From Azolla caroliniana (taxonomy: Eukaryota > Plantae > Polypodiophyta): a stretch of 64,000 nt of DNA. Positions 13,630 to 26,251 of this stretch are shown in pieces; positions within the stretch are counted from its first letter, which is position 1, and each line of letters starts with the position of its first letter. Under the pieces are notes generated by a model. It saw nothing but the letters and a program-made list of their open reading frames with translations. It had not been told where the DNA came from and made no database searches. The position numbers and the translations under genes were made by a program. The stretch spans positions 20,274,001 through 20,338,000 of the forward strand of contig JBHGNT010000009.1 in assembly GCA_043228905.1 (NCBI GenBank), read 5' to 3'.

Positions 13630-16045
13630 ATGGCAGCTAGGTCGAAGTACAAAGACTGGTGGGATTCCGATAATGGTGAGATATATCCAACTCAAGAGAG
13701 GTATGTCACAAACCAATCTCCCCTAATAGTGGTACTGATATGTGATGCATGCATGTTGACTGATGATTTATTTAAGGGTTTTTGTTAGAAGACATTGGAG
13801 AAGCTGTGTGGCTGACATGTCTAAGGGTGGGGAGAGCATGAATCAAGCACGAGTGGTTCATCTACCTCGGATCGAGCCGATACAACCCATGGCAACATTC
13901 GACGAATATGCTCCTCCTGCAGGTATGTGTATTTGGTCTCGTTGTAATATGTCAATCTTTATGTAACACATACAAAAAATTTGATGCTCCTAGCCTTAGC
14001 TCGTTGTATAAGGTTGGAAGAGATCCTAATGGGAACAAGGTCTGTGTGTGTATCGTGGTCGAGTATTGTCGCCTCTCGCCAAGGTGGTATTGCAAAAAAT
14101 GCGACATGGAAACACATTTACGCTGTCGTGCCTTTCAACGCCGGATCATTGCGTGAATTGGGTGGGAACCGTTGGGGTTTTGGACTAGGAGGAGGAAGAA
14201 TTTGAGACAAGTATAGTTATGAATAGAATTTAAGAAAGAGAGATAGAAACTTGTGAATCCCACAAGTATATTGTATTAGATTAATCAATATTAAGATAAG
14301 AATATGAATTTAGATTGAAAGATAAGGATATAGAAACCTCGTGAATCCCACGGGTATAGTTTATTTCGTGAATCCCACGAATATAATTTATTAATTGGTG
14401 TTTTTAGAAATATATTCAATTTCCAAAAGATTTCACACCCTTATTACATTGTACTCCCCATCCTTATATAGTGATGAGAGAGTCTTAACAATCCATGTTT
14501 TTTCTCTATCTCTAGGCTATACGCTTTCTCTAACATGTTTTTTCTAAAAGTGATCATGCTTTTTCTAACCTCATGCGTTTTTATCGACTATAGTGTTCAT
14601 GCATGTTAGATGTGCATGTGTTGCTTTTTTTCTATCACACGTTTTTCTTCTAACTGAAGCTTTTTCCTAGAAAATATGCGTGAATTAAGCTATCAAATGA
14701 TATCTACTTTTTAATATTTATGATGTGTTAGTATAATGGTAAGCCTTTAAATTATGAATCTTGCCCAATGCATGTAACATGTATTCTCATATTTTCTTTG
14801 TTTTCTTCATATTTATTAAATCGGGTACTTTATACGTTCTTCACGTAGTGTACAAAATACACTACGACAACGTAGGGCACATGGAATTGACATAGTCCTA
14901 CCACGAGGGATGCAGATAGAAGAGGAAGAAGGTACTCTGGGGGCATGCTTTAATAACAATGAGCGTCAAAGATCACTAAGAAGATTCATGGATCCCGAAA
15001 TCAAGTACCATAGAAATCGGCGGTGTCACACATCCGGAAGTTGAAGGTTAGGGTTGTTTCGAGGTATAACTCTATTCCCATTGACCTCCGACTTGACACG
15101 GAGGCAGAGTTCGTGGAGCGATTTATGGACCACGAGATGACCATGTACGACTCCAAAAAGGACGATGATATGTGTTGGAGGGTTTATTGGCAGAATTTAG
15201 ATAATAACACGTGTCTTATTGTGGTGAAACAATGTAAGAAGGCGAGGATATCCACCGAAGAGGGTGGTGTGTCTACTAATGTGGGTGAGGCTCTAAACCC
15301 ATCTGAGGGTGGTGTGTGCACTCCATTGAGACGGAGACAGCCAAAGATGCAAGTCCGACGAAAGGAGGTCACATCAAACACTAATGTTGTCCCCCTAACA
15401 TCAGATGACGCGACATCAAATGTGGCCACAATACAAATTGAGCACGCCAAGGCGGTCAAAATGTGGATCCAAATACCAGATAAACACTTTTCCAGGTTGC
15501 TTTTTTGTGAAATATAAATTTGTATCCTCATAAAAGTCATTGAGTTTGAGATTTTTACTCAATCTACATGTTTATATGCATACCATCTGACCTGCCAACG
15601 ACTCGATATGGTTGTTAAGATTATAGAGTCAGATCTTGAGACCACGTGCAAGGATGGAGAAATGGCATCAACATGGATGATGACATTATTCACGTTGTAT
15701 ATGGAGTACCTGAAGCCAACCGAGGTGATTGAACGGTTCACCATCGTCGACCCACTGTGGGTGCAACTACACAAGCAAACGACGAAGGGCCAAGACATTC
15801 TTCAAAAGGTGGCTGAACGTGATTTTATCTTCATTTTGATTGTGGTTCAGGGCCATTGTGTGTTGTGGACAAAGACACAGCAGAAGGTTTCTAAGATGGC
15901 CAGCAAAGTAGTCTTCTACGATCCACTTCACATATTGCACATCCCAACTCAGCCAAATGGTTAGGATTGTGGCTTTTACGGGATGAAGACTATACAGATG
16001 TTGATCGAGGAGTTCTTACGAGGATGGATATCTCCAACTTTTGTA
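13630..16045 (+). pseudogene. MULE accessory gene remnant: spliced N-terminus, Cys/His zinc-finger-like segment and Ulp1/C48 SUMO-protease-like domain
   Basis: Exon 1 reads MAARSKYKDWWDSDNGEIYPTQE and ends at a GTATGT donor. ...CKKCDMETHLRRAHGID is restored after removing the solo LTR at 14124-14869. C48-type motifs: GHCVLW, VVFYDPL and QPNG*DCGFY (in-frame stop at 15962). Confidence 0.65.
14124..14869 (-). mobile_element. Solo LTR (746 bp) with 4-bp TSD
   Basis: TGTCGT...ACGACA termini, flanked by ACGC / ACGT. It interrupts the MULE zinc-finger codons, and its termini match the 18920-19555 LTR in reverse orientation. Confidence 0.8.
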
Positions 16046-16958
16046 AGTGTAATTGCAGATGTCTTATTCATGTGGTTTACATATAGCTATGTTCTTATAT
16101 ATTTGGTGATAGGGAGATGTGGTTCACCAAACGCAAAGTGGATTCACTTCAAATTCATGTGGACGAGTGGGCAAGAAGGGTATTGGGATCTGCACCTACT
16201 CCCGGTGGCCCAATATTGTAAAATTTGGATTGGCTACAAAAATTTATCATGGTTGTCATGGTCACATATATTAGACCTTGGCTATCATATAATGGATATT
16301 GTGTATACGAAGAATATTGTAAATATCGTCATATTATTTGTATCGGAGCGGATGTTGTACATGTGGTATTACATTTTGTTATAGATGGATGTTGTAATAC
16401 CACATGTACTACTCCCTATTGTATAAATCCGGTCTCCCAACCATCTTAAAAAACATCTTCTCATAACTAGGTTGCCCAACCCGTTTTAATATGGTCACCC
16501 AACCTATTAAACAGGTCTCCCAACCCTCTTAAAAAACATCTCTTCTCATAAACAGGTTGCCCAACATGTTTTAATATGGTCACCCAACCTATTAAACAGG
16601 TCGCCTAACCTATTACTCAAGTCACCCTATTGTATAAATCAGGTATCCCAACCCTATTAAAAAACATCTCTTCTCATAAACAGGTCGCCCAACCTGTTTT
16701 AATATGGTCGTCCAACCTATTTAAAAAAGAAACGGTCATATTAAACAATAAATTAATCACATTTTAAGTCACATTAATCCCTAAATCCCCTCTTGGTAAT
16801 CAGAGTTTATTCATCCTCCAATTAATTATAGAGGCACACTTGATTCATATTGTCATAGAGGCACATCTTAATCATACTCTAGCTAGTTACATCAATTCTG
16901 TCTTAGATTTTCAATTAATCACATTTTGTTATCTGATTAATCACTAATAGAGGCAAAA

Positions 16959-19900
16959 GTGATCGAGATTATCACGACCTTGTATGATTCGGAGATGGTT
17001 ATGCGTCACCATACTCCGCAACTATCAACGAAGGTCACCAATGACCTTCGTGACCATGGGATCCCTAGTGTGTATGTCAAAGCACTGGTTGAACGATGTG
17101 GTTGTCAAGTTGTGTCGAGGTTAACTCCATCTAGCATGGAGCTGACAAGTATCATGAAATATAAAAAGTCTAGACCCATAGAAATGATCGAGATAGAGGC
17201 CCATAAAGTAGATGATATGCTCACATATGTTCAAGTGCGGTATCACACACACTTCCATACAGGGGTCACAAGGGGTGCACGAGTGACTAGGTATGCTTGG
17301 CCCAATATCCGTGCACTCAACGTAGAAAGCTTTCATCCCGATGTGGGTGTACTTTTCATGTGGACGCTCGAAGGAATGAAGGGGTTGACCATGGAACCAT
17401 GACCATTTCAATATATGGACCTCATACGGGTCATGTCCCGGGAAGTAGACCGGATGCGTACTATTTGCCGACACACCCAAATGTTTTAAGTTGTTGCAAA
17501 GATGATCTTTTTGATGTTGGATGTGCACAACATGTGGCACGAAGGAGCATGTGTAAGGAAGCATATCATAAGTCCAAGGCTAGTCCATTAGACCTTGTGA
17601 GTTATAGGTTCTTTATGATACCAGAGGTCCATAACATGGCCAACAAGTTAAAATTTGGGAGTGCCATGACCGAGGTCAATTGGTCTTTAATGATGCAAGG
17701 TGCCTATGCACTTCGAGATCTTGGGAAGGTGGCTCATGTACAACCTTACTTGCTTGGTGATTATGGATCTCCGGCAAGGCTATCGTTCATCTTGGTGCTT
17801 CAAGATGAATGGATGTTAGAGATGTATGAGCAATTGTCAGTAAACAACTCTTGGGCAATTGACTCCATGTTTAAAACAAACCATTTTGGGTTGCCATTAT
17901 ATGCAGATGTAGCCCCAAACGCCATGGGAATCGATATGTCATTATGGTACATGATATGTAGTTCTGATAAGGGGTCAAACCATGAGCAAGTAACTTTAGA
18001 AACTTGCTTGAGAGTCATATTCACACGGATGTCCAATGTGATGCCAAATGCGATAGTCATTGATCAAAGTTGGACATCATAGAATGCCATAAGTAATGTG
18101 CTTGCAACAGACCAATTATCTTGGATTGTTGCAAATGGGCAAAGGTCACAATCACATTGTCACCTTTTGTTGTGTTAGTCCACACCAAAAACTCATGGGT
18201 GAACAACTTGTTGCCGAAGGTAAGTGCAAGTAAGAGAAACCATCTTTATAATCGGATGTGCCAACTCATGCAATGCATTACAAAATCCACATTCAGTGCC
18301 CAATGTGAGGAGTTAAAGGTAGAATATGCAAACAAGCCAGGTGTTTGGCAATATATAGAAGGAGGATGGTGTGGCTTGACATGTGTGTGGAGGAAACTAT
18401 GGCCCAAGTTTGGTAGAATGTTCAACTACAGATATGCTGACACTACCAATATTGTGGAGAGACATTGGCAATTTATCAAATATATTGGCTTGAGAGGGAG
18501 AATAAACCGATCAATTACCAATCTTGTGCATGTTTTAATCGGGGATAGTCAAATTGGCACTTGCGTAGGAGGCACCGTTATTGAATGGCACAAGCAACGA
18601 CAAGAAATATGCGAGAGGGGTAGATTTGCACCCCATGCAAATGGTAGGGATCAAAAAACAAGACTTAAGGAGGCCAAGAGGATACTAGAGGGGTATGAAA
18701 CTAATGATGCGTTAGTGCATATTGTGGACAAGCCCTGATATTGGTTTAAAATATTGGGCTTCACTAAACCTACTATATGGTATAATGTATCGCTCTAGTG
18801 CTCATATTGTGATTGCCAAGACTCTGTGAGTAAATGTAAGCATATACTCGGCAACCGGATGATTATTGAGAGGCACATGCCACATCTATGTGGGTCGTTG
18901 CCTTTTATAGATCACGCGGTGTCATAGTGTATTTCGTACACTACGCAACGATCCGGCGTTGTTAAGTGCTTGGATTGCACCACAACCAGTCATGAAGAAG
19001 AGTGCATCAACAAGGACGTAGTATGTGTTGAAGGACCTACAAAGAGGAAACGGCAAGAGGAAAATAGGCTAAGGGACGTCCAAGTGTGAAAGGTCCATAC
19101 CCTAAACGTGAATGCTATATAAACCATATAGTTGTGGCTTTGTAAGGGTTCTTCCATTTGTAAAGATCTCCCTATTGATTAAGAGCTAGAACTTCCTCTC
19201 CTCCTTGTAACCTTTAAGCTTAAGAGAGATTAGTGAAGTGTTTAGTTAGGGAACACTAATCTCTCTTCCTTATTGGTGCTAGACCTCTTAGCAAAGAGGG
19301 TTAATAAACATATTCATTGCTCTTATTGTCTATATTCATTCCCTTATTCTCTATGAGAGCGAGCTTGAGAGAGTGAGAGAGATATCATGCTTAATCATCC
19401 ATTAATCGTTGAGTGTGAAGCTCGGAGGTGTTCGACAACCATCTCCACCTAATTCGCCATCAAAAGGGTATACGCCGGTCCGAACTCCGCAAACGACATC
19501 GAGGAACTAACTCCATTGATACGTAGATCCGACACAGGCGCCGAAAGGCACGACAACGGCCCATATGCGCAATGACCATTTCACAGAAACTGAACTGGAG
19601 ACAAAGGTAGAACCAATCAAGGAGACAAATCCAAGTGCATCAGATATGGAGGAATGGGAGACAAAATTACAAATGACCAAGGCAACTATTCAATGTCTCT
19701 GGCAAGGGTTACGATCCCTCGATTGTGCTCAAGTTTTGGCATGTATGGTGTCTTGCAAAGAAATGAGACTGATGTTGGGGTACCATGTTGGTGCACAGGA
19801 ACCCACCAATGAAGAAGACGATGATTCCATAAGGTGGAAGCAAGCGATTGGTGTGAAGAGATGAGCATCAAACAATATGTCACAAGATCTTATTGGCATC

Positions 19901-20110
19901 TCCCCAAACATTTCCAAGCCACACATTGGAAAAAGCAAAGAGGTGCAAGTCGAGCTAGGAGGCGGTTGCCAATATGTGCGACAGAGAAGATTCAATGCTT
20001 GCATTGCGATCCTTGACATTTAGATCAACAGACTCGAATGTTGATTGTTGCAAGAATTGTGGCCGCATCTTGTCATCATCTCCGGATGAGCCATAAACAT
20101 AGCTTGAGTG
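16959..20110 (+). pseudogene. MULE transposase pseudogene (FAR1/WRKY-GCM1-type DNA-binding domain, DDE core, SWIM finger)
   Basis: Motifs: RCGCTFHV...GPHTGH, IDSMFKTNHFGLPLY, PNAIVIDQ, DTTNIVERHWQFIKY and the SWIM-like CSYCDCQDSVSKCKHI. Multiple stops and frameshifts, plus a solo LTR insertion. Confidence 0.85.
18920..19555 (+). mobile_element. Solo LTR (636 bp) with 4-bp TSD
   Basis: TGTCA...CGACA termini with internal TATATAAA and AATAAA, flanked by GCGG / ACGG. Removing it restores FIDHA-x-HMRN, as in MULE copy 2 (~23150-23180). Confidence 0.8.
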
Positions 20111-20177
20111 GTTTTGCGGACCGGTGCATTTTGGTTTACAATGTTTAAAGTGGATTTCTATTAAAAGGATGTATACA

Positions 20178-20300
20178 TTGATTTATGTTTTAAGTTTTAT
20201 GTTTCAAGTATGTCATGTGTTGATTTATGTTTTACGTTTTATGTTCCAAGTATGTCATATGTTGATTTATGTTTTAAGTTTTATGTTTCAAGTATGTCAT
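20178..20300. repeat. 42-bp tandem repeat x3
   Basis: The unit ttgatttatgttttaagttttatgtttcaagtatgtcat is repeated three times. Confidence 0.9.
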
Positions 20301-20320
20301 AGTTGAATTTGTATTCATTT

Positions 20321-20871
20321 GCATGTAACAAGAGGTACAATATTGACTAGATCGATGAAATATGAAAAGAAGAAAGCATTTTGGGGTTAATAACATATTC
20401 CACTAAGTGAAATAAGGTAGAACTGTTTCCATTACTTTCCTTTAGTCTAATGAATTATTGTTTTTGGGAAACATCATTTGAACCTTATGTGTAATGGTGG
20501 TTTTGCATGTAACAAGAGGTACAATATTGACTAGATCGATGAAATATGAAAAGAAGAAAGCATTTTGGGGTTAATAACATATTCCACTAAGTGAAATAAG
20601 GTAGAACTGTTTCCATTACTTTCCTTTAGTCTAATGAATTATTGTTTTTGGGAAACATCATTTGAACCTTATGTGTAATGGTGGTTTTGCATGTAACAAG
20701 AGGTACAATATTGACTAGATCGATGAAATATGAAAAGAAGAAAGCATTTTGGGGTTAATAACATATTCCACTAAGTGAAATAAGGTAGAACTGTTTCCAT
20801 TACTTTCCTTTAGTCTAATGAATTATTGTTTTTGGGAAACATCATTTGAACCTTATGTGTAATGGTGGTTT
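20321..20871. repeat. 184-bp tandem repeat x3, apparently identical copies
   Basis: gcatgtaacaagaggtacaatattgactag... starts at 20321, 20505 and 20689. Confidence 0.95.
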
Positions 20872-21355
20872 GATTTGAAACATATCCATTATTATAGTAA
20901 GTTGGTTTTGCATTTGTATTTTTGTTGCAAACGATATAATCTAAGGAAAAGGTGCACTAGAAAGAAATGTTGTATTGCCAATATTTAGTGTGATTGATAT
21001 GTAGCACATATATTGATCGATAAGCTTCACATATTGAATCAATCATATATTGATCTCTTCCTCGTTGATGGGAGGAATACATTAATATCCCTCAAAAATC
21101 AATTTCTAGTTGCTAAAAGCCCTAAACCAAATGCCTGAAACCCTAAAAAGAAAGAAGTTGAAGAAGAAGAAAACCTAAATGATATCAAAATTGACCAATA
21201 AGCAAAATAAACCCTTTTCTCAATAAGAGAGGAAAAGTTATTTGAACCTATTAACCAAGGGATAACTCTAACAACTAAACCATTGCATCTTAATATCATT
21301 TTTATTAAGTACTTCATTTATTTTTCTAAAATAGTTGGGTGGTTGGGCAACCTAC

Positions 21356-21657
21356 TGACGCGAAATATGCGGAATATTACTCGGCCCCAACCAAGTCTCA
21401 GATCGTGTTGTTTAGAATCGAACACCGAGAATGGGAATGGAGGTGAATACATGTACACATAGACAATATGAGAGAGGGTACAGAATATGTTTACGTGGAA
21501 AACCCTAAACGGGAAAAAACCACAAGAGCCCACAAGCTCCAAACTATCACTATGTCTAAGAGGAATACAATAGGGGAACTCAGAGTCAACGACCTTGTGC
21601 TCACAATCTTCACCTGGCAACGGTTACAACAGAGACACACTCTATCTCTCTCACTCA

Positions 21658-21706
<49 letters not shown>

Positions 21707-21999
21707 ACGCTCGGTACAACAGTTACACTCAATAACACTATACAACAAAATAATTTGACAACCCATTTTCAAGAGTTTGCCCTAGGTCATATTTATACTA
21801 ATATGACTTTCGAGCTATTTACAAATATAGCCCCAATGGGCTCTCTGGAACATATTTACATATATGTCTCTTCATCCGGTGAGAGGTTCTCACCGAGCTT
21901 GCAACATCTGGTTCTCACCGGGTCTTCCTTGCCAGGTACTCATCATCCGGTTCTCACCAGGCCTTCATCATCCCATCCGGAGGAACCGAAATCCTAACA
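21356..21999 (-). mobile_element. Solo LTR (644 bp), Copia family related to the 30082 element
   Basis: TG...CA termini with a perfect 5-bp TSD CCTAC (21351-21355 / 22000-22004). It is a reverse-complement homologue of LTR 30082-30728, sharing the (TC)n tract, gtcatattt..actaatatgacttt and catccgg repeats. Confidence 0.9.
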
Positions 22000-22171
22000 C
22001 CTACAACGGTTAGGGTTGGGCGACCTCTGACAGATTTTTTTTCGTGCATTCTTTCTTATCCAAATCGGACGGTGCAGATCGAACGCGCCTTCCTCTGAGT
22101 AACTTGCACCGTCTATGGCCGTGATTCCCTCGCCAACCCTATTTATGATTTGGTATAAAATAAACACGAGC

Positions 22172-24458
22172 GTTGGCGAGGGAATCGTGGCCACGGCCAC
22201 AGGCGATGTAGGTCACTTTGGATAAGAAAAAACTTGCGAAAAATAATTTTGTCTGAGGTCGCCCAACCTTGACACATTAGTCGCCCAACCGCATCCGGTC
22301 GCCCAACCTGACCGTTGTAGGTCGCCCAACCAAATATATCATTTCCACCAAAATCTTCTATTCACTCCAAACTTAAAGCTTAAAACTTAAGATAGCAAAT
22401 CAAATAGCTAGAAACAAATAATCATTACCAAACGTAAAACTTAACGTCAAGAAATACACAAACTTAGACCTAACCCAAAAAAAAACTTACAACATAAATC
22501 AACTTAAAACATATACTCGTTTTATAAACCTAAATACATTTATCCTAAAACAAAATGCTTTCAACGGTCAATCAAAATTGACTAAACTAAAGTTCCTAAA
22601 CAACCACTAAAGCCATGTTTATGGCTCATCTTGGGATGTTGGCAAAATGCGACCACAATTCTTGCAAAAATTAGCATTCGATCGAGTCCCCTGATCTAAA
22701 GGTCAAGGCATCACAATGCAAACATTGAATCTTCTCTATCGCACATATTGGCAATCACTTCCTAGCTCAACTTGCACCTCTTTGCATTTTTCCGATGTGT
22801 GTTTTTGAAGTGTTTGCAGAGCTGCCAATAAGATCTTCTGAAATGTCGATTGATGCTCATCTCTTCTCACCAATCGCTTGCGACCGCCTTATGGATCCAC
22901 CGTCTTCTTTATTGGTTGGTTTTGGTGCACCACCGCGATACCATTCAGTCTGGGTCATTCCTTCAATGAACTCCATACATGCCAAAACTGTTGCACGATT
23001 GAGGGATTGTAACCCTTGCCTGAGATATTGAATAATTGCCTAAGCCGTTTGTAATTTTGACTCCCATTCCTCCATATTTGATGTTATAGGGTTTGTGTCC
23101 TCGACTAGTTCTACCTTTACCTCCACTTCTTTTGTTGTGAAATGGTGATTGCGCATATGGACTGCGTGATCTATAAAAGGTAACGACCCACATAGATATG
23201 GCATGTACTTGTCAATAATCATTTGGATGTTGAGTATATGCTTACATTTACTCACAAGGTCTTGGCAATCACAATATGAGCACTTGAGCGATACATTATA
23301 CCATAGAGTGGGAGTTGTCAACCTCAAAATTTTAAACCAATATCGGGCCTCGTCCACAATATGCAATGTTGCAATATTAGTTTCACACCTTTCGAGGATC
23401 CTCTCAACCTCTTTAAGTCTTGACCTTTGATCCCTACAATTTGCACGAGGTGTAAATCTACCACTCTCACATATTTCTTGTCGTTGCTTGTACCATTCAA
23501 TGATGATCCCTCCGACACAAGTGCCAGTTTCACAATCCCCAATTAAAACATGTAGAAGATTAGTAATTGATCAGTTTATTCTTCCTCTCAAGACAATATA
23601 TTTGATAAATTGTCAATGTCTCTCCACAATATTGGTAGTGTCAACATGTCCGTAGTTGAACATTCTACCAAACTTGGGCCACAATTTCCTCCACACACAT
23701 GTCAAGCCACATCATCCTCCTTCTATATATTGTCAAACACCTGGCTTGTTTGCATATTCTACCTTTAACTCCTCACATTGGGCACAAATGTGGATTTAGT
23801 AATGCATTGCATGAGTTGGCACATCCGTTGATAAACATGGTTTCTCTCATTTGCACTTACCTTTGGCAATAAGTGGTCCACCCATGCTTTTTTGGCATGG
23901 AACTGACACAACAAAAGTCGACAATGTGTTTGCGACCTTTGGCCATTTGCAACAGTCCAACATTGACGATCTGTTGCAACCACATTACTTATGGCATTAT
24001 ATGATGTCCAACTTATCGATGACTATTACATTTGGCCCCACATTTGGCATCCTTGCAAATATGACTCTCAAGCAAGTTTATAATGCAACTTGCTCATGGT
24101 TTGATCTCTTATCAGAACTACATATCATGTACCATAATGGGATACCAATTCCCTTGGCGTTTGGGGACACAACTGCATATAATGGCAACCCAAATTGGTT
24201 TGTTTTAAATGTAGAGTCGATTGCCCACGAGTTGTTTATTGACGATCGCTCAGACATTTCTAACATCCATTGATCTTGAATCACCAAGATAAATGGTTGC
24301 CTTGCTGGAGATTCATATTCACCATGCAAGTAAAGTTGGACATGAGCCACCTTCCCAAGATCTCGAAGTGCATAGGCATCTTCCATCATCAAAGACCAAT
24401 CAACCTCTTACATGGAACCCACAATTTTTAGCCTATTTGTCATGTTATGGACCTCCTG
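22172..24458 (-). mobile_element. MULE copy 2: TIR remnant plus 3' half of a transposase pseudogene, truncated at ~24458
   Basis: TIR sequence and ggtcgcccaacc repeats at 22172-22335. Minus-strand motifs IDSTFKTNQFGLPLY, LLCQFHAKKAW and CSYCDCQDLVSKCKHI are paralogous to copy 1. Confidence 0.85.
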
Positions 24459-26251
24459 TCATGATATAGCATGGTATGGCTCCAAAAGGACTTGAACCCA
24501 TAACCTTGTGTCACAACTGTTGAGGCCCTACCATTAAGTTATACATTGTAACATCAAGAACATTGCTTTCATTTATTATTTCACTTAGGAAATCTGTACA
24601 CGATTCGAAGCCGTGATTGTACCATGTATACGTCCTCTTCTAATTCGCCTTGAAGAAAGACGTTCTTTATGTCCATCTGATGGAGGTGCCACCCTTTCGC
24701 CGATGCGAGTGCAATTACGGTCCGGAAATGTCTCTTCGTAGTCGACTCCATGTGTTTGTGTGTATCCTTTCGCTACGAGTCGAGCTTTGTAGCGGTTTAC
24801 GGAGCTATCGGCGTTATACTTCACCTTGCAGATCCATCTGCAACCGATCGCCTTCTTGTGCAGTGAGTGGGGAACGAGATCCCATGTTTCGTTCTTGCAA
24901 AGTGCTCGCATCTCCTCGTTCATTGCTTCGACCCATCACGGGTCCTTCACGGCTTCGGAAAAGGTTTCCGCCTCCCGTACGGTTGCTACCTTCATCATAA
25001 AGGCGTAATGGTTCGCTCCATTTGTCCAGATGTCAAGGCCTTCGAACTCACTATCGAGGGAGTGAGTCGATTCGTTTCCTTCGAAGTGATCGTCTTCATA
25101 CTCCGTCATTTTCGCCTTCCCTTTGTCTAGGTTCGGATGCGGCCGAGATGTGCTTTGATCGCTCGAGGGTTCTTGTGGCCCACTAAGCCTTGTTGTAATC
25201 GGGCTTTCTTCGAGCATGCATGTGAGCCGATCTTCGGCTTCTATCTCTATTTCGGTGGATTTCAGGTCGAGCGGAATCAGAGTCAAAGTTGTCTCTTGTG
25301 CGTACCAGGATGCGGACTCGTCGAAAACGACATCTCAACTTACTCGACCCTTCCGAGTAGAGGGGTTATAGCACTTGTACTCCTTTTGCTCTAGTGAGTA
25401 TCCTACGAGGATACATTTCTCCAACTTCGGGTCAAGCTTTTGTCGCTTCTCATCGGGAATGTGCACGTAAGCAATGGAACCGAATATTCGAACATGTGAT
25501 AGGTGCGGCTTTTTTCCGAAAAACTTCTCGTGCGGAGTAAGTTCGTGCACACCCAATGTTGTACACTAATTCATGAGGTATACGGCCGTGTTAGCCGCTT
25601 CTACCCAATACGATTTTGGTAGATGCTTTTCGTTCATCATGGCCCGTGTTACTTCGAGGATGTGTCGATTCTTTCGTTTAGCTACACCGTTTTGCTGAGG
25701 TGTGTGTCGGCACGAGAATTCTTGTCGGATTCCTTCCTTTCCGAGATACGCTGTAAATTCGTCGGAGAAGTACTCTTTTCCTCCATCCAACCGAACACAT
25801 CGTACATGTCGGCCCGTGGCTTTCTCGACTTCATTCTTAAATTTTTGGAAGTGTCCGAACACTTCACTCTTTTGCTGCATGGGGTAGATCCAGGTGTGCA
25901 TGGAGAAGTCGTTGAAAAAGGCAACGTAGTATCGGCATCTACCGAATGTAGCCGTTTGAGTTGGTCCCCATGCATCGGAATGAATTATGTCAAGTACGCC
26001 TTTGCTCACGTTCCTCTCCTTCGGAAATGGGTGTGGATGTTGCTTGCCGAATTGGCAAGCGGCACACACGCCTTCAATCTCTTTCTCTTTGAATGTCGGG
26101 AGCCCGATGACGACTCCTTTTGATTGCATCGCCTTGAGTTTTTGAAGGTTGATATGGCCAATCCACTTGTGCCATAATTCTATCTCAGAATCGGCTTTCG
26201 TGCCCTTTGCGAACATGGACGATTTCATCTCGTGCATGTCAAGAATGAACA

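Larger units (their letters stand above)
12444..22171 (+). mobile_element. Mutator-like DNA transposon (MULE copy 1), decayed, with TIRs, an Ulp1-like protease gene and a transposase
   Basis: 12444-12610 is an imperfect reverse complement of ~22010-22171 (aatagggctggcgagggaatc...cgatctgcaccgtccgatttggataagaaa). Arrays of ggtcgcccaacc lie near the ends and at 16430-16720. Possible degenerate 9-bp TSD: gctcgcgag (12435-12443) / gttggcgag (22172-22180). Confidence 0.75.

Noticed and set aside
24475-24550. Functional tRNA gene
   Set aside because: A and B boxes are present but no convincing acceptor or anticodon stem; treated as a tRNA-derived remnant.
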